From IMG/VR virus record IMGVR_UViG_3300045918_000320, positions 17,293 to 81,292 of that record: a stretch of DNA of 64,000 nucleotides; one strand, 5' to 3'. Shown piece by piece: positions 48,632-58,963 of this stretch. This DNA comes from a virus. The position numbers were made by a program, and so were the translations under genes. The notes beneath the pieces were generated by a model. The model was not told the DNA's origin and did not search any database. It worked only from the letters and a program-made list of their open reading frames with translations. How positions within the stretch are numbered: the first letter of the stretch is position 1; the number at the start of each line of letters is the position of its first letter.

Positions 48632-48949
48632 ATGAAACTTTGTAAATCTTGTAATTTAATTACTTCAGATTTTGGCAAAAATAAAGCTAGAAAAGATGGA
48701 CTTAGTTTTTACTGTAGACCTTGTAACCGAAAATTAGAACAAATTAGTATCTCTAAATTATCTAATAAAAAAAATAAACAAGTAGTAGTTAGCTTTGAAA
48801 AAAACTGTCAGAATTGTAATTGGAATTTTGGCGGTAAATGCGTAGTAAAAAATCCCGGACAAATTACAGAAATAGAAAATGATAATATCTGTCATAAATT
48901 TGAAAGATTTGTGGAGAGAGAAATTGACATTGCCGAGTTACATTCATGA
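48632..48949 (+). CDS. zinc-finger protein
   Basis: CKSC..F.KN..RKDGL..YCRPC. Confidence 0.55.
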   Translation: MKLCKSCNLITSDFGKNKARKDGLSFYCRPCNRKLEQISISKLSNKKNKQVVVSFEKNCQNCNWNFGGKCVVKNPGQITEIENDNICHKFERFVEREIDIAELHS

Positions 48950-49167
48950 AAATTAAAAACTCAATACTATTGCAATTGTGGGATCTTTCTTTTTTATTAA
49001 GATGTTCAACGTATTCCGTACCTTATGCTTTGGATTATCATATGTATGTTTATGATTTTGTAGGAGATACTTATGCCTGTAGTCCTATAACTTATTTAGA
49101 AATAAAACAACTACAAAACTGTACCCTTTTAGGAATTATATATGGAAAAGAATTATCAAATAATTAA
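48946..49167 (+). CDS. mini-gene family member (CTLLGIIYG)
   Basis: motif; its Tyr-Gly codons contain the PolA ATG. Confidence 0.55.
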   Translation: MKIKNSILLQLWDLSFLLRCSTYSVPYALDYHMYVYDFVGDTYACSPITYLEIKQLQNCTLLGIIYGKELSNN

Positions 49168-51457
49168 TGCTTTAAATTTTGAAGCAGCTTTAGCAGAAAT
49201 AGAGCAGTTTGACATAATTGCATACGATACGGAAACTACAGGATTAAATGTACGTAAAGATAGGGTAATTGGATTCTCTTTTACCTGTACTCCCAATTCT
49301 GGATGGTATTTACCTTTATGGATATATGAAAAAACTACAGATAAATTAATTGAACGTGGCAATTCTGAAATGGCTATAGAGTTATTAAAAGCTTTAGCTA
49401 AAAAGAAACTTATAATGCATAATGCTAGTTTTGACGTTAGGGTAACAGCTAACTCTCTAGGTATAAATTTACTTAATGCACTTTACGCAGATACACAATT
49501 AATGATTCACACTCTCCGAGAGGAGGGGCCATTTGCATTAAAAGATAATGCAGTGCTTTTAGCAAGGGAATTAGGATTAGACAATCAGGATGCAGCTAAT
49601 CAGGAGCAATTGGAATTAGAGCAAAATGTAAAAGCTAATGGTGGAAAATGGCTGAAGTCAAATAAAGAAATGTTTAAAGCAGACTTAAATGTTTTAGCTA
49701 AATATGCTATAGCGGATACAGATATCACTTTAAGACTTTTTCAGTATCTTCAGCAGCAATTAGAAAAAGAACAGTTATTAGATTTTTTTTACAAAGACGA
49801 AGTAATGCCTCTACAGAAATATTGTACTATCAGAATGGAGCATAGACCTGTTCATTTAGATATGGTAAAATTGGAGCAATTGAATAGAGAAATTGATTTA
49901 GAAATTAAACAAATAGAAACTAATGTTGTAATTGCGTTACTAGCTACTGAGGAAGGTCAGGAATTTAGTAAGCAAAGATTGGCTGAAGAATTTCCTCCAA
50001 AAAATAGTGGAGCTTTCGCACAGGAAGTTTGTAGACTATTCGATTTGCCGATGCCTATGCTAGTTTCGGGAAAATTTCAAATTACAAAAAAGAGTTTACA
50101 ATTTCCTAAAGATTTTTATTTAGAGCCGGATAAACTCAGAGCTATAGAATTTCTAAAAGATACTGAAAACGAACTAATGACTCATGAAATTGACGAAATA
50201 CAAAAGAAACTTTTAATAGCTAAAGAAGGTACAGAACATATTATTAATATTTCTTCTAAACAGCAGCTAGGTAAAATTGTATTTGATTTAATGGGAATTA
50301 AACCTCTGAGTAAAACTGAAAAAGGTTCTCCACAGTTTAATGAAGATTTAGTAGAACATTTAGTAAAAGAATATGGATTTCTTTGGGCTAAGGAATTACG
50401 AGTTTACAATAAACTTTTAAAGATAAAAAGTAGCTATTATGAAAGATTTTTAGATGCTCAGGAAGGTGGAGTATTCTACCCTACTTTTAAACAGCATGGA
50501 ACTACTTCTGGAAGGTTTAGTTCGGATATGCAACAGTTACCAAAGCCTCTAGAGGAAGACAGTGAGGAGGAGCCGGAAGATTCTCGTATCGTAAAGCATA
50601 CAGATGCTGTTCGTACTTTATTTATTCCACCTCCGGGATTTAAATTTTTAGATGACGACTATGAATCTTTAGAGCCTAGAGTATTTGCTGACGATGCTGC
50701 AGATCAAGCTCTAATAGATATTTTTATTAAAAATTATGACATGTATTCTGTAGTAGCTATTGGAGCTGAAAAGTTAGAAGGAGTTTCTGCAGACAAAAAA
50801 GCACCAAATTATTTAAAAAATATTAATCCTAATAAAAGACAGAATGCTAAACCGTATGCTTTAGGAATTCGCTACGGAATGAAAGATTTTAAGTTACACA
50901 AAACTTTAGAAATAGAACTTACTGCGGCTCAAGAAATTATCGAGAATTATTTTAAAGCATTCCCCGGACTAAAAGCCGCTATGGATAAATATTTAAAAGA
51001 AGTAAAAACTACAGGTAAAGTTACTTCTAAGTATGGCAGAGTGCGGCATATTCCTAGAGCTAGGGAAATATACAGAAAGTTCGGGGATGATGTTTTAGAA
51101 TATAAAAATTTAAAGAACTTGGCAATTAAGCATTATACTCCAATTTCTGAATTAAAAGATATCAGAAAAGAATATAATAATTTATTAAATAATGCTTTAA
51201 ACTTCCCAATTCAGGCAGCAGGAGCTAGTATCGTAAATAGAGCTATGATTGCTATGTCTAAGAAATTTCATGAAGAGAAATTAAATGCTTGGGTATGTCT
51301 TCAAATTCACGATCAAATTGTAATAACTTGTGTAGAAAAAGATATTGACAGGGCTAAAGAAATAGTGCAAGATTGTATGGAGAATACAAATAAGCTATTA
51401 ATGCCGTTAATAGCTAAACCAGAAGTGGCTGGAAATTTAGCAGAAGGACATATTTAA
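49142..51457 (+). CDS. polA: family A DNA polymerase with 3'-5' exonuclease
   Basis: YDTETTG, HNASFD, TTSGRFSS, DYESLE, RQNAK..YG, NFPIQ, QIHDQ. Confidence 0.92.
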   Translation: MEKNYQIINALNFEAALAEIEQFDIIAYDTETTGLNVRKDRVIGFSFTCTPNSGWYLPLWIYEKTTDKLIERGNSEMAIELLKALAKKKLIMHNASFDVRVTANSLGINLLNALYADTQLMIHTLREEGPFALKDNAVLLARELGLDNQDAANQEQLELEQNVKANGGKWLKSNKEMFKADLNVLAKYAIADTDITLRLFQYLQQQLEKEQLLDFFYKDEVMPLQKYCTIRMEHRPVHLDMVKLEQLNREIDLEIKQIETNVVIALLATEEGQEFSKQRLAEEFPPKNSGAFAQEVCRLFDLPMPMLVSGKFQITKKSLQFPKDFYLEPDKLRAIEFLKDTENELMTHEIDEIQKKLLIAKEGTEHIINISSKQQLGKIVFDLMGIKPLSKTEKGSPQFNEDLVEHLVKEYGFLWAKELRVYNKLLKIKSSYYERFLDAQEGGVFYPTFKQHGTTSGRFSSDMQQLPKPLEEDSEEEPEDSRIVKHTDAVRTLFIPPPGFKFLDDDYESLEPRVFADDAADQALIDIFIKNYDMYSVVAIGAEKLEGVSADKKAPNYLKNINPNKRQNAKPYALGIRYGMKDFKLHKTLEIELTAAQEIIENYFKAFPGLKAAMDKYLKEVKTTGKVTSKYGRVRHIPRAREIYRKFGDDVLEYKNLKNLAIKHYTPISELKDIRKEYNNLLNNALNFPIQAAGASIVNRAMIAMSKKFHEEKLNAWVCLQIHDQIVITCVEKDIDRAKEIVQDCMENTNKLLMPLIAKPEVAGNLAEGHI

Positions 51458-51470
51458 TTTTAAATATAAC

Positions 51471-51500
51471 TTGACATTAGGGGCATTAGTCTGTTATAAT
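51471..51500 (+). promoter_or_regulatory. sigma70 promoter
   Basis: TTGACA-18-TATAAT. Confidence 0.65.
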
Positions 51501-51519
51501 ATATCTTGGAGGATGTATT

Positions 51520-52038
51520 ATGAAAAATTATAAAGTAGATATAAAAGGGTATGAGGGAATATATCAAATCTCCCGAGATGGAAAAGTTTTCAGTTTAAAA
51601 AATGATTTAGAGTTTAAATTATCAATAGGCACAACCGGATACTATAGAGTGAATTTAAATAATAAAGATAGAGGTAAGACTCATAAAGTTCACAGATTAG
51701 TGGCTTTGCATTTTATACCAAATCCGAATAATTATAAATGTGTCAATCATTTAGATGGGAATAAATTAAATAACGATATGTCTAACTTGGAATGGTGTTC
51801 TCATAAAAGAAATAACAATCATGCTAGAGAATTAGGATTAAACCCAATATTAAGAGGATTGGATTCTCCTTTAATAAAGTCAGTAAAAAGACATGATACT
51901 GGAGAAATATTTTTATCCTTAGATTCTGCTTGCCGAGCTTGTGGTCAATATAGAAATAGATCAGGATTATCTAACCACTTAGCAGGAAGACATCCCAAAT
52001 TTGATGGTACTACTTGGGAATTTGTAAATGAAAACTAA
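51520..52038 (+). CDS. NUMOD4-HNH homing endonuclease
   Basis: DIKGYEGIYQIS..G; VHRLVA..VNHLDGNKLNN..NLEW. Confidence 0.88.
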   Translation: MKNYKVDIKGYEGIYQISRDGKVFSLKNDLEFKLSIGTTGYYRVNLNNKDRGKTHKVHRLVALHFIPNPNNYKCVNHLDGNKLNNDMSNLEWCSHKRNNNHARELGLNPILRGLDSPLIKSVKRHDTGEIFLSLDSACRACGQYRNRSGLSNHLAGRHPKFDGTTWEFVNEN

Positions 52039-52276
52039 ACCAAAAGCTCCTAGAAGACTTAAAGTTAAACCTCCTAAAGCTATTCCTCACGGAAAAATGT
52101 ATAATAGGAAAAAACTTAAAAAGGTAGTAGTATGAAATATTTAAATGTATTATTAATAGTAATTCTTATAAATAGTTTTTATTTGATATACAAATTAAAA
52201 AAAGATATGTTTACTTTAAATCTAATAATACATACTCAAAACGATATGTTAGTAAATAAATGCGGAATCCAGTAAA

Positions 52277-52519
52277 ATGATAGCAGCTATAGGCTCTATA
52301 ATGCTTGCTCTTTGCGGTCTTCCTGAAATGATCCGAACCATTCAGGATAGGAGATGTCATGTTGGATGGCTAATGCTACTATTATGGCTATTTGGGGAAA
52401 TATTATTATTTATTTTTGCTTGCAATACAAAACAATATGTGTTATTAATTAATTATGTCGCAAATATAACTTTTGTATCTGTGATGATTTATTACAAAAT
52501 ATATGGAGATAAAAAATGA
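52277..52519 (+). CDS. PQ-loop/SemiSWEET-like 3-TM protein
   Basis: GSIMLALCGLPE..WLFGE..LLINYVAN. Confidence 0.65.
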   Translation: MIAAIGSIMLALCGLPEMIRTIQDRRCHVGWLMLLLWLFGEILLFIFACNTKQYVLLINYVANITFVSVMIYYKIYGDKK

Positions 52520-52941
52520 GAATTATTTTAGGATTATTACTTTCACTAAATGTTTTTGCCAGTAACACTGCTAGTATAGTTTTGCATGGAACTATTCCGG
52601 CTAAAACAGACGTTACAACTACAGTTACTTCAGTTAACCTATCTGTAGAAGCTAATGCTGTAGATACTGTAATTTCCACTCTAGGAATTAAAACTAATAG
52701 ACCTGCTACAGTATTTATTACTTCTACTAATAGTTTTAATTTAGTTAAGTCTGGATTCGCTACACAAATTCCATATACTCTAAAATTAGGCACTACAACA
52801 GTTACTGCTTCGGCTATTTCATTTCCACAGTTTACGAATACTAATAGAGATTTAAAAATTAGCTATACTGGAGTAGATGGCTACTTAATGGATGCTGGAG
52901 ATTATACAGATACTTTAACCGTAACTGTTACAGCTCTTTAG
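52516..52941 (+). CDS. secreted pilin-like (Csu/spore coat U-like) beta-sandwich protein
   Basis: signal peptide; IPYTL; C-terminal AGDYTDTLTVTVTA. Confidence 0.6.
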   Translation: MRIILGLLLSLNVFASNTASIVLHGTIPAKTDVTTTVTSVNLSVEANAVDTVISTLGIKTNRPATVFITSTNSFNLVKSGFATQIPYTLKLGTTTVTASAISFPQFTNTNRDLKISYTGVDGYLMDAGDYTDTLTVTVTAL

Positions 52942-54107
52942 GAGAGTTTTATGGATAAGTGGTATTTTATAGAAAATAAATATAATCCTAGATTTAATTT
53001 TATTTTATTAGAATCGGAAGGTAAGAGTTATTATTCTAGCATATATGCTAGTGGTTCAGATTGCATAGCTACTGAGTGGGAGCGTATGAATTTACAATAT
53101 TACTTTACTAATAGTAATTATTATAATGTTACCGAATTAGGAAGTTTGGAGCCTGATAGACCTATGACTAGAGAAGATGCTAAAGCTTTCCACCCTGATG
53201 CAGAAGTAGTTGGGGATGGGAGCACTTGGCAAATAGTAGTACCTTTGCCGGAAAAAGAATCTACTGGACTAAATTTTGATGTAGAGTTACTTTTTGGAAT
53301 TTGTTTATTTATTAATATTGTAATTACTATTTACTTGACAATTATTAGATTTCTGATATAACCTTTTTAGGAGAATTAAATGAAAGTACAAGAATTAATT
53401 AATTTGTTACAAAAATTTGACGTAAACCATACTGTCAGATTAAAAATAGGATCTGAATACAAAAATATAGATGATGTAATTACTGGTAGATTTGTAAATA
53501 CTGTAGAATTACTAAATTTTAATGATATTAGTATTGAGCAAGCTGAAGGTGAAACAATGTCTACTATGCTTGCCAAAAATGAAATATCTCCAATTAGAGA
53601 AAAATTAATTGTGAGAGCAATTGGTCAGGAAAGATTTGACGAAATTAGAAATGAAATTACTACGTTTTTTTCTAAACAAAATTCTGAAGAAGAATCTGTA
53701 CCTGAAGTTACTCTTGTAGAGGATATAGAATTTGACGAAGAAGCTGATAGATTATCAGTTGAAAAAGCTAGAGCTGAAATACTTGTAGAAAAGCTATATA
53801 AAGGTGAGGAATTGTCAGATGCTCAGTTAGAAGCTGTATCTGCTGCCAAAAAACTATTAGGAAAAAAAGCTGTATCTGCAATTAAAAAAGCTGTAGAAAA
53901 AGAAGTATAGTTTGAAAGTAGAATTAGATAAAAAAATAATTGACGAGATTGTGGAAGTTTTAGCTGAAGAGTTAGAAATAAAACATTTAGGATTGGAAGA
54001 AGAGGAAGTCTTAATTAGACTTGCCTCTTTGTCTATTGCTATTTATTTAGGTTCTTTACGAAGAGATCCAGATCAGTCTACAAAAATACATTAACAGGAA
54101 GTTAAAA

Positions 54108-55037
54108 ATGGCTTTAGTAAAAGCAATGTCAAAAGCAGAAATTGAGAATTTAATTAAATACAGACAAAAAGGTGAGACTTGGGCTAGCCTTGCTAAAAAA
54201 TTTAAAGGGCATACTCCAAATGCTCTCAGAAAAACATATTATAGAAATATCCGTAAACCTGAAGTAAAGGTGTTAATTTTTGATATTGAAACTGCACCTA
54301 TGCTAGGATACATTTGGGGATTATGGGACAATAACGTAGCTTTAAACATGCTTAAATCTGATTGGTATATTTTATCTTGGGCTGCAAAATGGTTACACGA
54401 TTCTGAAGATAAAGTAATGTATGCAGATCAGAGAAATGCTAAAAATATTGAAGATGATTCTGAAATGTTAAAAGGTATTTGGAAATTATTGGATGAGGCT
54501 GATGTTGTTCTTACTCAAAATGGGATAAGCTTTGATGTCAAAAAATTAAATGCAAGATTTCTTCAACATGGATTTCCACCTCCTAGTAGCTTCAGACACA
54601 TTGATACAAAAATAATTGCTAAAGCTAAATTTGCATTTACTAGCAATAAATTAGAGTATATGACTGATAAGTTAAATGTTAAATATAAAAAATTAAAACA
54701 TGATGAATTTTCTGGATTTGAGCTTTGGAAACAGTGTTTAGCTGGTAACAAAAAAGCTTGGGAATCTATGAAAAAATATAACTGTTACGATGTTTTAGCT
54801 TTAGAAGAATTATATCTTATCTTAGCTCCTTGGGACTCTAGAATTAATTTTAATGTTTTCCGAGATGATTTAGAAACTAAATGTAATGCTTGCGGATGTA
54901 GTGAGTTTAAATCTCACGGGTACAAGTACACAAATTCTGGTAAGTTTAAAAGACTTATCTGTGAAAATTGTGGTGCGGAATTGTCAGAGAAGGCTAACCT
55001 ATTGACAAAAGATAAGAAAAAGTCTCTTAAAAAATAA
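54108..55037 (+). CDS. RNase H-like (DnaQ-type) exonuclease with HTH and Zn ribbon
   Basis: FDIETAP, QNGISFD, HIDT, SNKLEY, YNCYDV. Confidence 0.8.
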   Translation: MALVKAMSKAEIENLIKYRQKGETWASLAKKFKGHTPNALRKTYYRNIRKPEVKVLIFDIETAPMLGYIWGLWDNNVALNMLKSDWYILSWAAKWLHDSEDKVMYADQRNAKNIEDDSEMLKGIWKLLDEADVVLTQNGISFDVKKLNARFLQHGFPPPSSFRHIDTKIIAKAKFAFTSNKLEYMTDKLNVKYKKLKHDEFSGFELWKQCLAGNKKAWESMKKYNCYDVLALEELYLILAPWDSRINFNVFRDDLETKCNACGCSEFKSHGYKYTNSGKFKRLICENCGAELSEKANLLTKDKKKSLKK

Positions 55038-55753
55038 TATTTGACTTGTATCAGCTTTTCGTGTAACATAGACTTATCGGGGGATATTTTATGATACCAC
55101 AAAGTAAAATTAAAGAGATAGAAGCTAAAGAATACGGAGTTATGACAGAAGAGGAAGCTCTTCTGTTAAAATACTGGAATTCGTATAAAGAATCAAATAT
55201 GTGGCATTCTATGATGCTAGGAATTACTGAAGCTCCAGACTGTCTAGAAAAAGCATTAAACTATGCTAGAAAAGGTAAAGAGAGTGTTAAAACTGCTTTA
55301 CGGATTCAAGGACAGCTTTTAATGATGTGGGCAAACAATCAGAACAAAGTATTAGAATTTAAAATAAACGAAGATAAACAAGTTATAAGAGGTATATTAG
55401 AAGACGAAACTGCTACTATACACTATTTAAAATCTCCAGAAGCTAAAGATCCTAAAAATGTAGTAGAGTTTTTAGAAAATAAAAAGATTTCTAAATATAT
55501 GGGTACAATTAGACCTTTGCAAACTAAAGAAGATTTAAAAATAGATACTGAAAAACAGTTAAGAGAGAGAAATTTAGTAATTCCTGCCGGAGCTACTGAA
55601 GAAGAAAAAATTAACATATCTCTTAAAATTCTTGACAATCTTTTTTGGCATGGGAAAATTATAGAAAAAGATTATAATGAAATGTGTAGAAAATTAATGA
55701 ATAAAAAAGCAAAAATAGCTTGATATTTAGTTTTAACTTTGGTAAGATAAATT

Positions 55754-56089
55754 ATGAGTAAGATAAAGCACATTATTTTAACTATAAAAGGGATACAATG
55801 GAAGATTTTTATACAATCTCCATCTTCGTACCGAAGAATGCATGGAAATGATAGTGATGCAATTATGTATCCATCAGATAGAGAATTATACTTTAAAAAA
55901 GATCATTTAAAGTTTGGTACTGTTTGTCACGAATTGTTACACTGTTATATTGCTTCAGCCGGTACAGCTAGTGCTGATATGCAAGCTTCTCAAATGGAAG
56001 AACATATTTGTGAGTTATTGGAAGATCATATTTTTGACTTATTAAATGATGCTAAGAGAGTTATAGATTTTATAGCAAAGGAAAAATAA
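55754..56089 (+). CDS. HExxH mini-metallopeptidase-like protein
   Basis: TVCHELLH..EE. Confidence 0.6.
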   Translation: MSKIKHIILTIKGIQWKIFIQSPSSYRRMHGNDSDAIMYPSDRELYFKKDHLKFGTVCHELLHCYIASAGTASADMQASQMEEHICELLEDHIFDLLNDAKRVIDFIAKEK

Positions 56090-56733
56090 TGTTAATTGGA
56101 ATATCGGGAATTAAAAGAAGTGGAAAAGATACAATAGCTAATGTTTTAATAAAAGACTTTGGCTTTAAGAAAATAGCTTTTGCCGATAAATTAAAAGATA
56201 TCTGTGCTAGAGTATTCGATTTACCTGTATCTGTGTTTCATAGAGATGATTTTAAAGATATGGTGTTTGAAGCACCAGTAATTATAGATGTTGAGCACAT
56301 TAAGAATCTGGTTACTTTGCTAGAGGAGTATACTAGTATCCCAAATGATGCCTACAATGCGTTAATGTCTACAGGATGTAGCAAAACGCTTTATTCACCG
56401 AGAGAAATCTTACAATTCGTAGGGACGGATTTATGCCGAAACTGCGTCAATGATTCGATTTGGCTCGACATCTTTAATTCTATAGTAAAAAATACTGAAG
56501 GTCATGTTGTTGTTTCAGATGCTAGATTTACTAATGAAAGAAATTTAATTAAAAGTTTAGGCGGAACAAATATTCTTGTATCACGTTCTAATTTAAATAA
56601 TAAAGATTCTCACGCTTCTGAAAATGATTTAGGGGATGAGTCTAGTTACGATGTTCATGTAAAAAATGACACTACTAAGGAAAAACTAGAGCATGATATT
56701 CAAATGTGGTATACACTTAGAACAGCTAGATGA
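56089..56733 (+). CDS. deoxynucleoside monophosphate kinase
   Basis: GIKRSGKDT, FADKLK, PREILQFVGTD, DARFTNE, HASE. Confidence 0.88.
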   Translation: MLIGISGIKRSGKDTIANVLIKDFGFKKIAFADKLKDICARVFDLPVSVFHRDDFKDMVFEAPVIIDVEHIKNLVTLLEEYTSIPNDAYNALMSTGCSKTLYSPREILQFVGTDLCRNCVNDSIWLDIFNSIVKNTEGHVVVSDARFTNERNLIKSLGGTNILVSRSNLNNKDSHASENDLGDESSYDVHVKNDTTKEKLEHDIQMWYTLRTAR

Positions 56734-56942
56734 AATTAAAACCTGCAGATCACGTTGCTAGTAATATTTTAGGATTTCCTCAAATTAAATTTTATAGAGA
56801 GCAGTTAAAAAAGTATCCTCTAAAAGGTTCTAAAGTAATTTATTTGCAATATAGGAATTTAATAAGACCTAGCGTATACGATAATAATATTAATTTAAAA
56901 ATGCTGGAAAGCGAATTAATTAAAATATTGGTGGGATTTTGA
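56730..56942 (+). CDS. mini-gene family member (SELIKILVG)
   Basis: MKLKPAD N-terminus, degenerate C-terminal motif. Confidence 0.5.
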   Translation: MKLKPADHVASNILGFPQIKFYREQLKKYPLKGSKVIYLQYRNLIRPSVYDNNINLKMLESELIKILVGF

Positions 56943-57200
56943 AACATAGAAAATTAAAAGAAGGTGATTGGGCTTGGTGCTTATCTCCAGAAGCTACTAA
57001 TATATTATATCATGACGATATAGATACTGCCATGGATTCTACCAGTATGCGATCAAGAGACTTGATGACTACTTGTCAAGAACATAATCAATATAATGAA
57101 ATAGAAGATCCAGATGATTGGTGGGGAATATTTAGTTAAAGTTGATATATTTAAGTCACCATTAATTCACCTAATAGCAGGATATAAAATTGAAGGGTAA
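56939..57200 (+). pseudogene. frameshifted mini-gene family member
   Basis: KLKEGD N-terminus; removing one G from GGGG at 57123-57126 restores ..VDIFKSPLIHLIAG. Confidence 0.55.
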
Positions 57201-57495
57201 TAAAAAATCTAAAAGTGAAGTCGAATACTGGAGAGGAAAATACAAGGAATTATTAAGTGAAAATAAAAGGTTAAAGAAAGATTTAAAAAGATTAAAAAAT
57301 GTAGATTACGAATTTGAAGAGTTTAAAGACGCATTTGAAGATTTTTCAGAAGAAAAAGTAACAAAACGAAAAGAAAACTTGTGTCAAAACTGTATGCGTG
57401 GTAAACTAGTTTCCGTAGATATTCCGGGAAACAGAGTAGTTAGATTATGTAAAATATGCGGTAATAGGGAAACAAAAAGTGAAGATGGGATTTAA
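57190..57495 (+). CDS. coiled-coil plus zinc-ribbon protein
   Basis: ENKRLKKDLKRL; CQNC..CKIC. Confidence 0.6.
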   Translation: MKGNKKSKSEVEYWRGKYKELLSENKRLKKDLKRLKNVDYEFEEFKDAFEDFSEEKVTKRKENLCQNCMRGKLVSVDIPGNRVVRLCKICGNRETKSEDGI

Positions 57496-57588
57496 ACGAA
57501 AAGAACAAAATCATTTCGGCTGTTGGTTACGAATATATAAATCTCCGCTAATGTGTATAATTTATAATAGGGAAACAAAAAGTGAAGA
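57462..57588 (+). repeat. 24-bp direct repeat flanking a mini-gene
   Basis: TAATAGGGAAACAAAAAGTGAAGA at 57462-57485 and 57565-57588. Confidence 0.85.
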
Positions 57589-57595
57589 GATCTAA
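57485..57595 (+). CDS. mini-gene family member, 36 aa (SPLMCIIY), not in ORF track
   Basis: MGFKRKEQNHFGCWLRIYKSPLMCIIYNRETKSEEI. Confidence 0.5.
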   Translation: MGFKRKEQNHFGCWLRIYKSPLMCIIYNRETKSEEI

Positions 57596-57818
57596 TTACG
57601 ATTATGTATTTGGAGTTGGCGGAGAACATTGGGATATGAGCCACTGTATTGAAGAATTATTCTATAATAAGTATAATAACAATTATTTTTATATAGCAAC
57701 TGAGCGTAATAGTCTAGACGAATTAAATTATATAAAAGAAGCTACTTGGAATTCTCCATTAATAAATATAATTTACGATTTAAAAGATAAGAGAGCTTTA
57801 CGTGATACACAAAAATAG
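57582..57818 (+). CDS. mini-gene family member (SPLINIIY)
   Basis: motif near C-terminus. Confidence 0.6.
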   Translation: MKRSNYDYVFGVGGEHWDMSHCIEELFYNKYNNNYFYIATERNSLDELNYIKEATWNSPLINIIYDLKDKRALRDTQK

Positions 57819-58347
57819 CATTGTATACAAAAAAGTTAAATCTAGAACTTATGAAATGATTTTAGCTAAAGATATTGAAGCTGGAATGATTTTACGTGGA
57901 TATGACATTGCTACTAAACAATATCAAGAAATTAAAGTTACATCCTGTTTTAAAATTCAAAATATTCGCTGGAGATTACAATTTCTAGGAACAGATCATA
58001 TTTTTATCTCACCTGACACTTTTTTATTGACAACTAATGGTTTTTGGTGTACTAAAGACTTAGCAGATTATACTGCTTTTAAATTAATAAAAAAAGATAT
58101 GACTATACACCATGGATCTAATACAGTTACTCCAAAAGTTCATATGAAAATTATGGAATCTCCAGATTTCTTTTACGATATTCGTACAGAATCTGAGTTA
58201 CCAGTTTTAGTAGATGGTTTTTTAGTATATTTTAAATGTTCGGAGACAAATAAATATGGATTCCAAAAAGAAAGCGACAGTGATCAGCCTATTACGCAGA
58301 GCTTGGATGAGAAGCAAAGAACGATCAGAGTGCCTGAAGAGAGCTAA
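57802..58347 (+). CDS. standalone Hint-like domain protein, catalytic residues apparently absent
   Basis: KDIEAGM.L.GYD, ISPDTFLLTTNG.W..KDL, FYDIRTE..VDGFLV resemble Hint blocks. Confidence 0.55.
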   Translation: MIHKNSIVYKKVKSRTYEMILAKDIEAGMILRGYDIATKQYQEIKVTSCFKIQNIRWRLQFLGTDHIFISPDTFLLTTNGFWCTKDLADYTAFKLIKKDMTIHHGSNTVTPKVHMKIMESPDFFYDIRTESELPVLVDGFLVYFKCSETNKYGFQKESDSDQPITQSLDEKQRTIRVPEES

Positions 58348-58600
58348 AATTGATAGAGGACTTTACCAGTGCGAATTATGTGTAAAAGGTAAACTTACTC
58401 GCTATTCAGATATGCAAATTGACCATACTGAACCGGCAGTACCATTAACTGGCTGGGAAAGCTTTGACAGCTTTATAGAGCGTTTATTTGTACCTGTAGA
58501 GGGACTACGTGCCATTTGTAAGCCACACCATGAAGAAATAACTAAAGGTCAGACTGAAATACGAAAAACTAATAGAAAATTAAAAAAGATAAAAAAATGA
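58256..58600 (+). CDS. HNH-type endonuclease
   Basis: YQCELC..QIDHTEP..LRAICKPHH. Confidence 0.75.
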   Translation: MDSKKKATVISLLRRAWMRSKERSECLKRAKIDRGLYQCELCVKGKLTRYSDMQIDHTEPAVPLTGWESFDSFIERLFVPVEGLRAICKPHHEEITKGQTEIRKTNRKLKKIKK

Positions 58601-58779
58601 AAAGAACTAGTCATACTTCTTATTATTTTTTCGACCATCCTTCTGATATTATTCCGGTAATTCGCAAACTAGATTCTTATAAGAATGTGACTAGACGCTT
58701 AGGTGGATGGGCATATTACATAAAAGATATTGCTATTAACGCTCCTTTACTTCAGGAGATTTTTAAAGTTGAAAGCTAA
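58597..58779 (+). CDS. mini-gene family member (APLLQEIF)
   Basis: C-terminal motif. Confidence 0.6.
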   Translation: MKRTSHTSYYFFDHPSDIIPVIRKLDSYKNVTRRLGGWAYYIKDIAINAPLLQEIFKVES

Positions 58780-58963
58780 AGATACAAAAAAATATTGTCA
58801 AGTGTGTGAATTTGACGATTTACAATATTGGACAAATTACGATGAATTGGAAGGCTCCACTTACCAGCACCATTTAGCACAATCTGATTTCGAAACTGTT
58901 ATTTTAGATATAGATATTTTTAAAAGCATAATGCTAAAACTAATTTTTAGAGGTATAAAATGA
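58769..58963 (+). CDS. mini-gene family member (SIMLKLIF)
   Basis: TTG start after AGGAG inside the previous member's motif. Confidence 0.55.
   Translation: MKAKDTKKYCQVCEFDDLQYWTNYDELEGSTYQHHLAQSDFETVILDIDIFKSIMLKLIFRGIK

Noticed and set aside
57802-58600. Active intein or split intein with endonuclease
   Set aside because: Catalytic residues and exteins are missing, and the HNH is a separate ORF in another frame.
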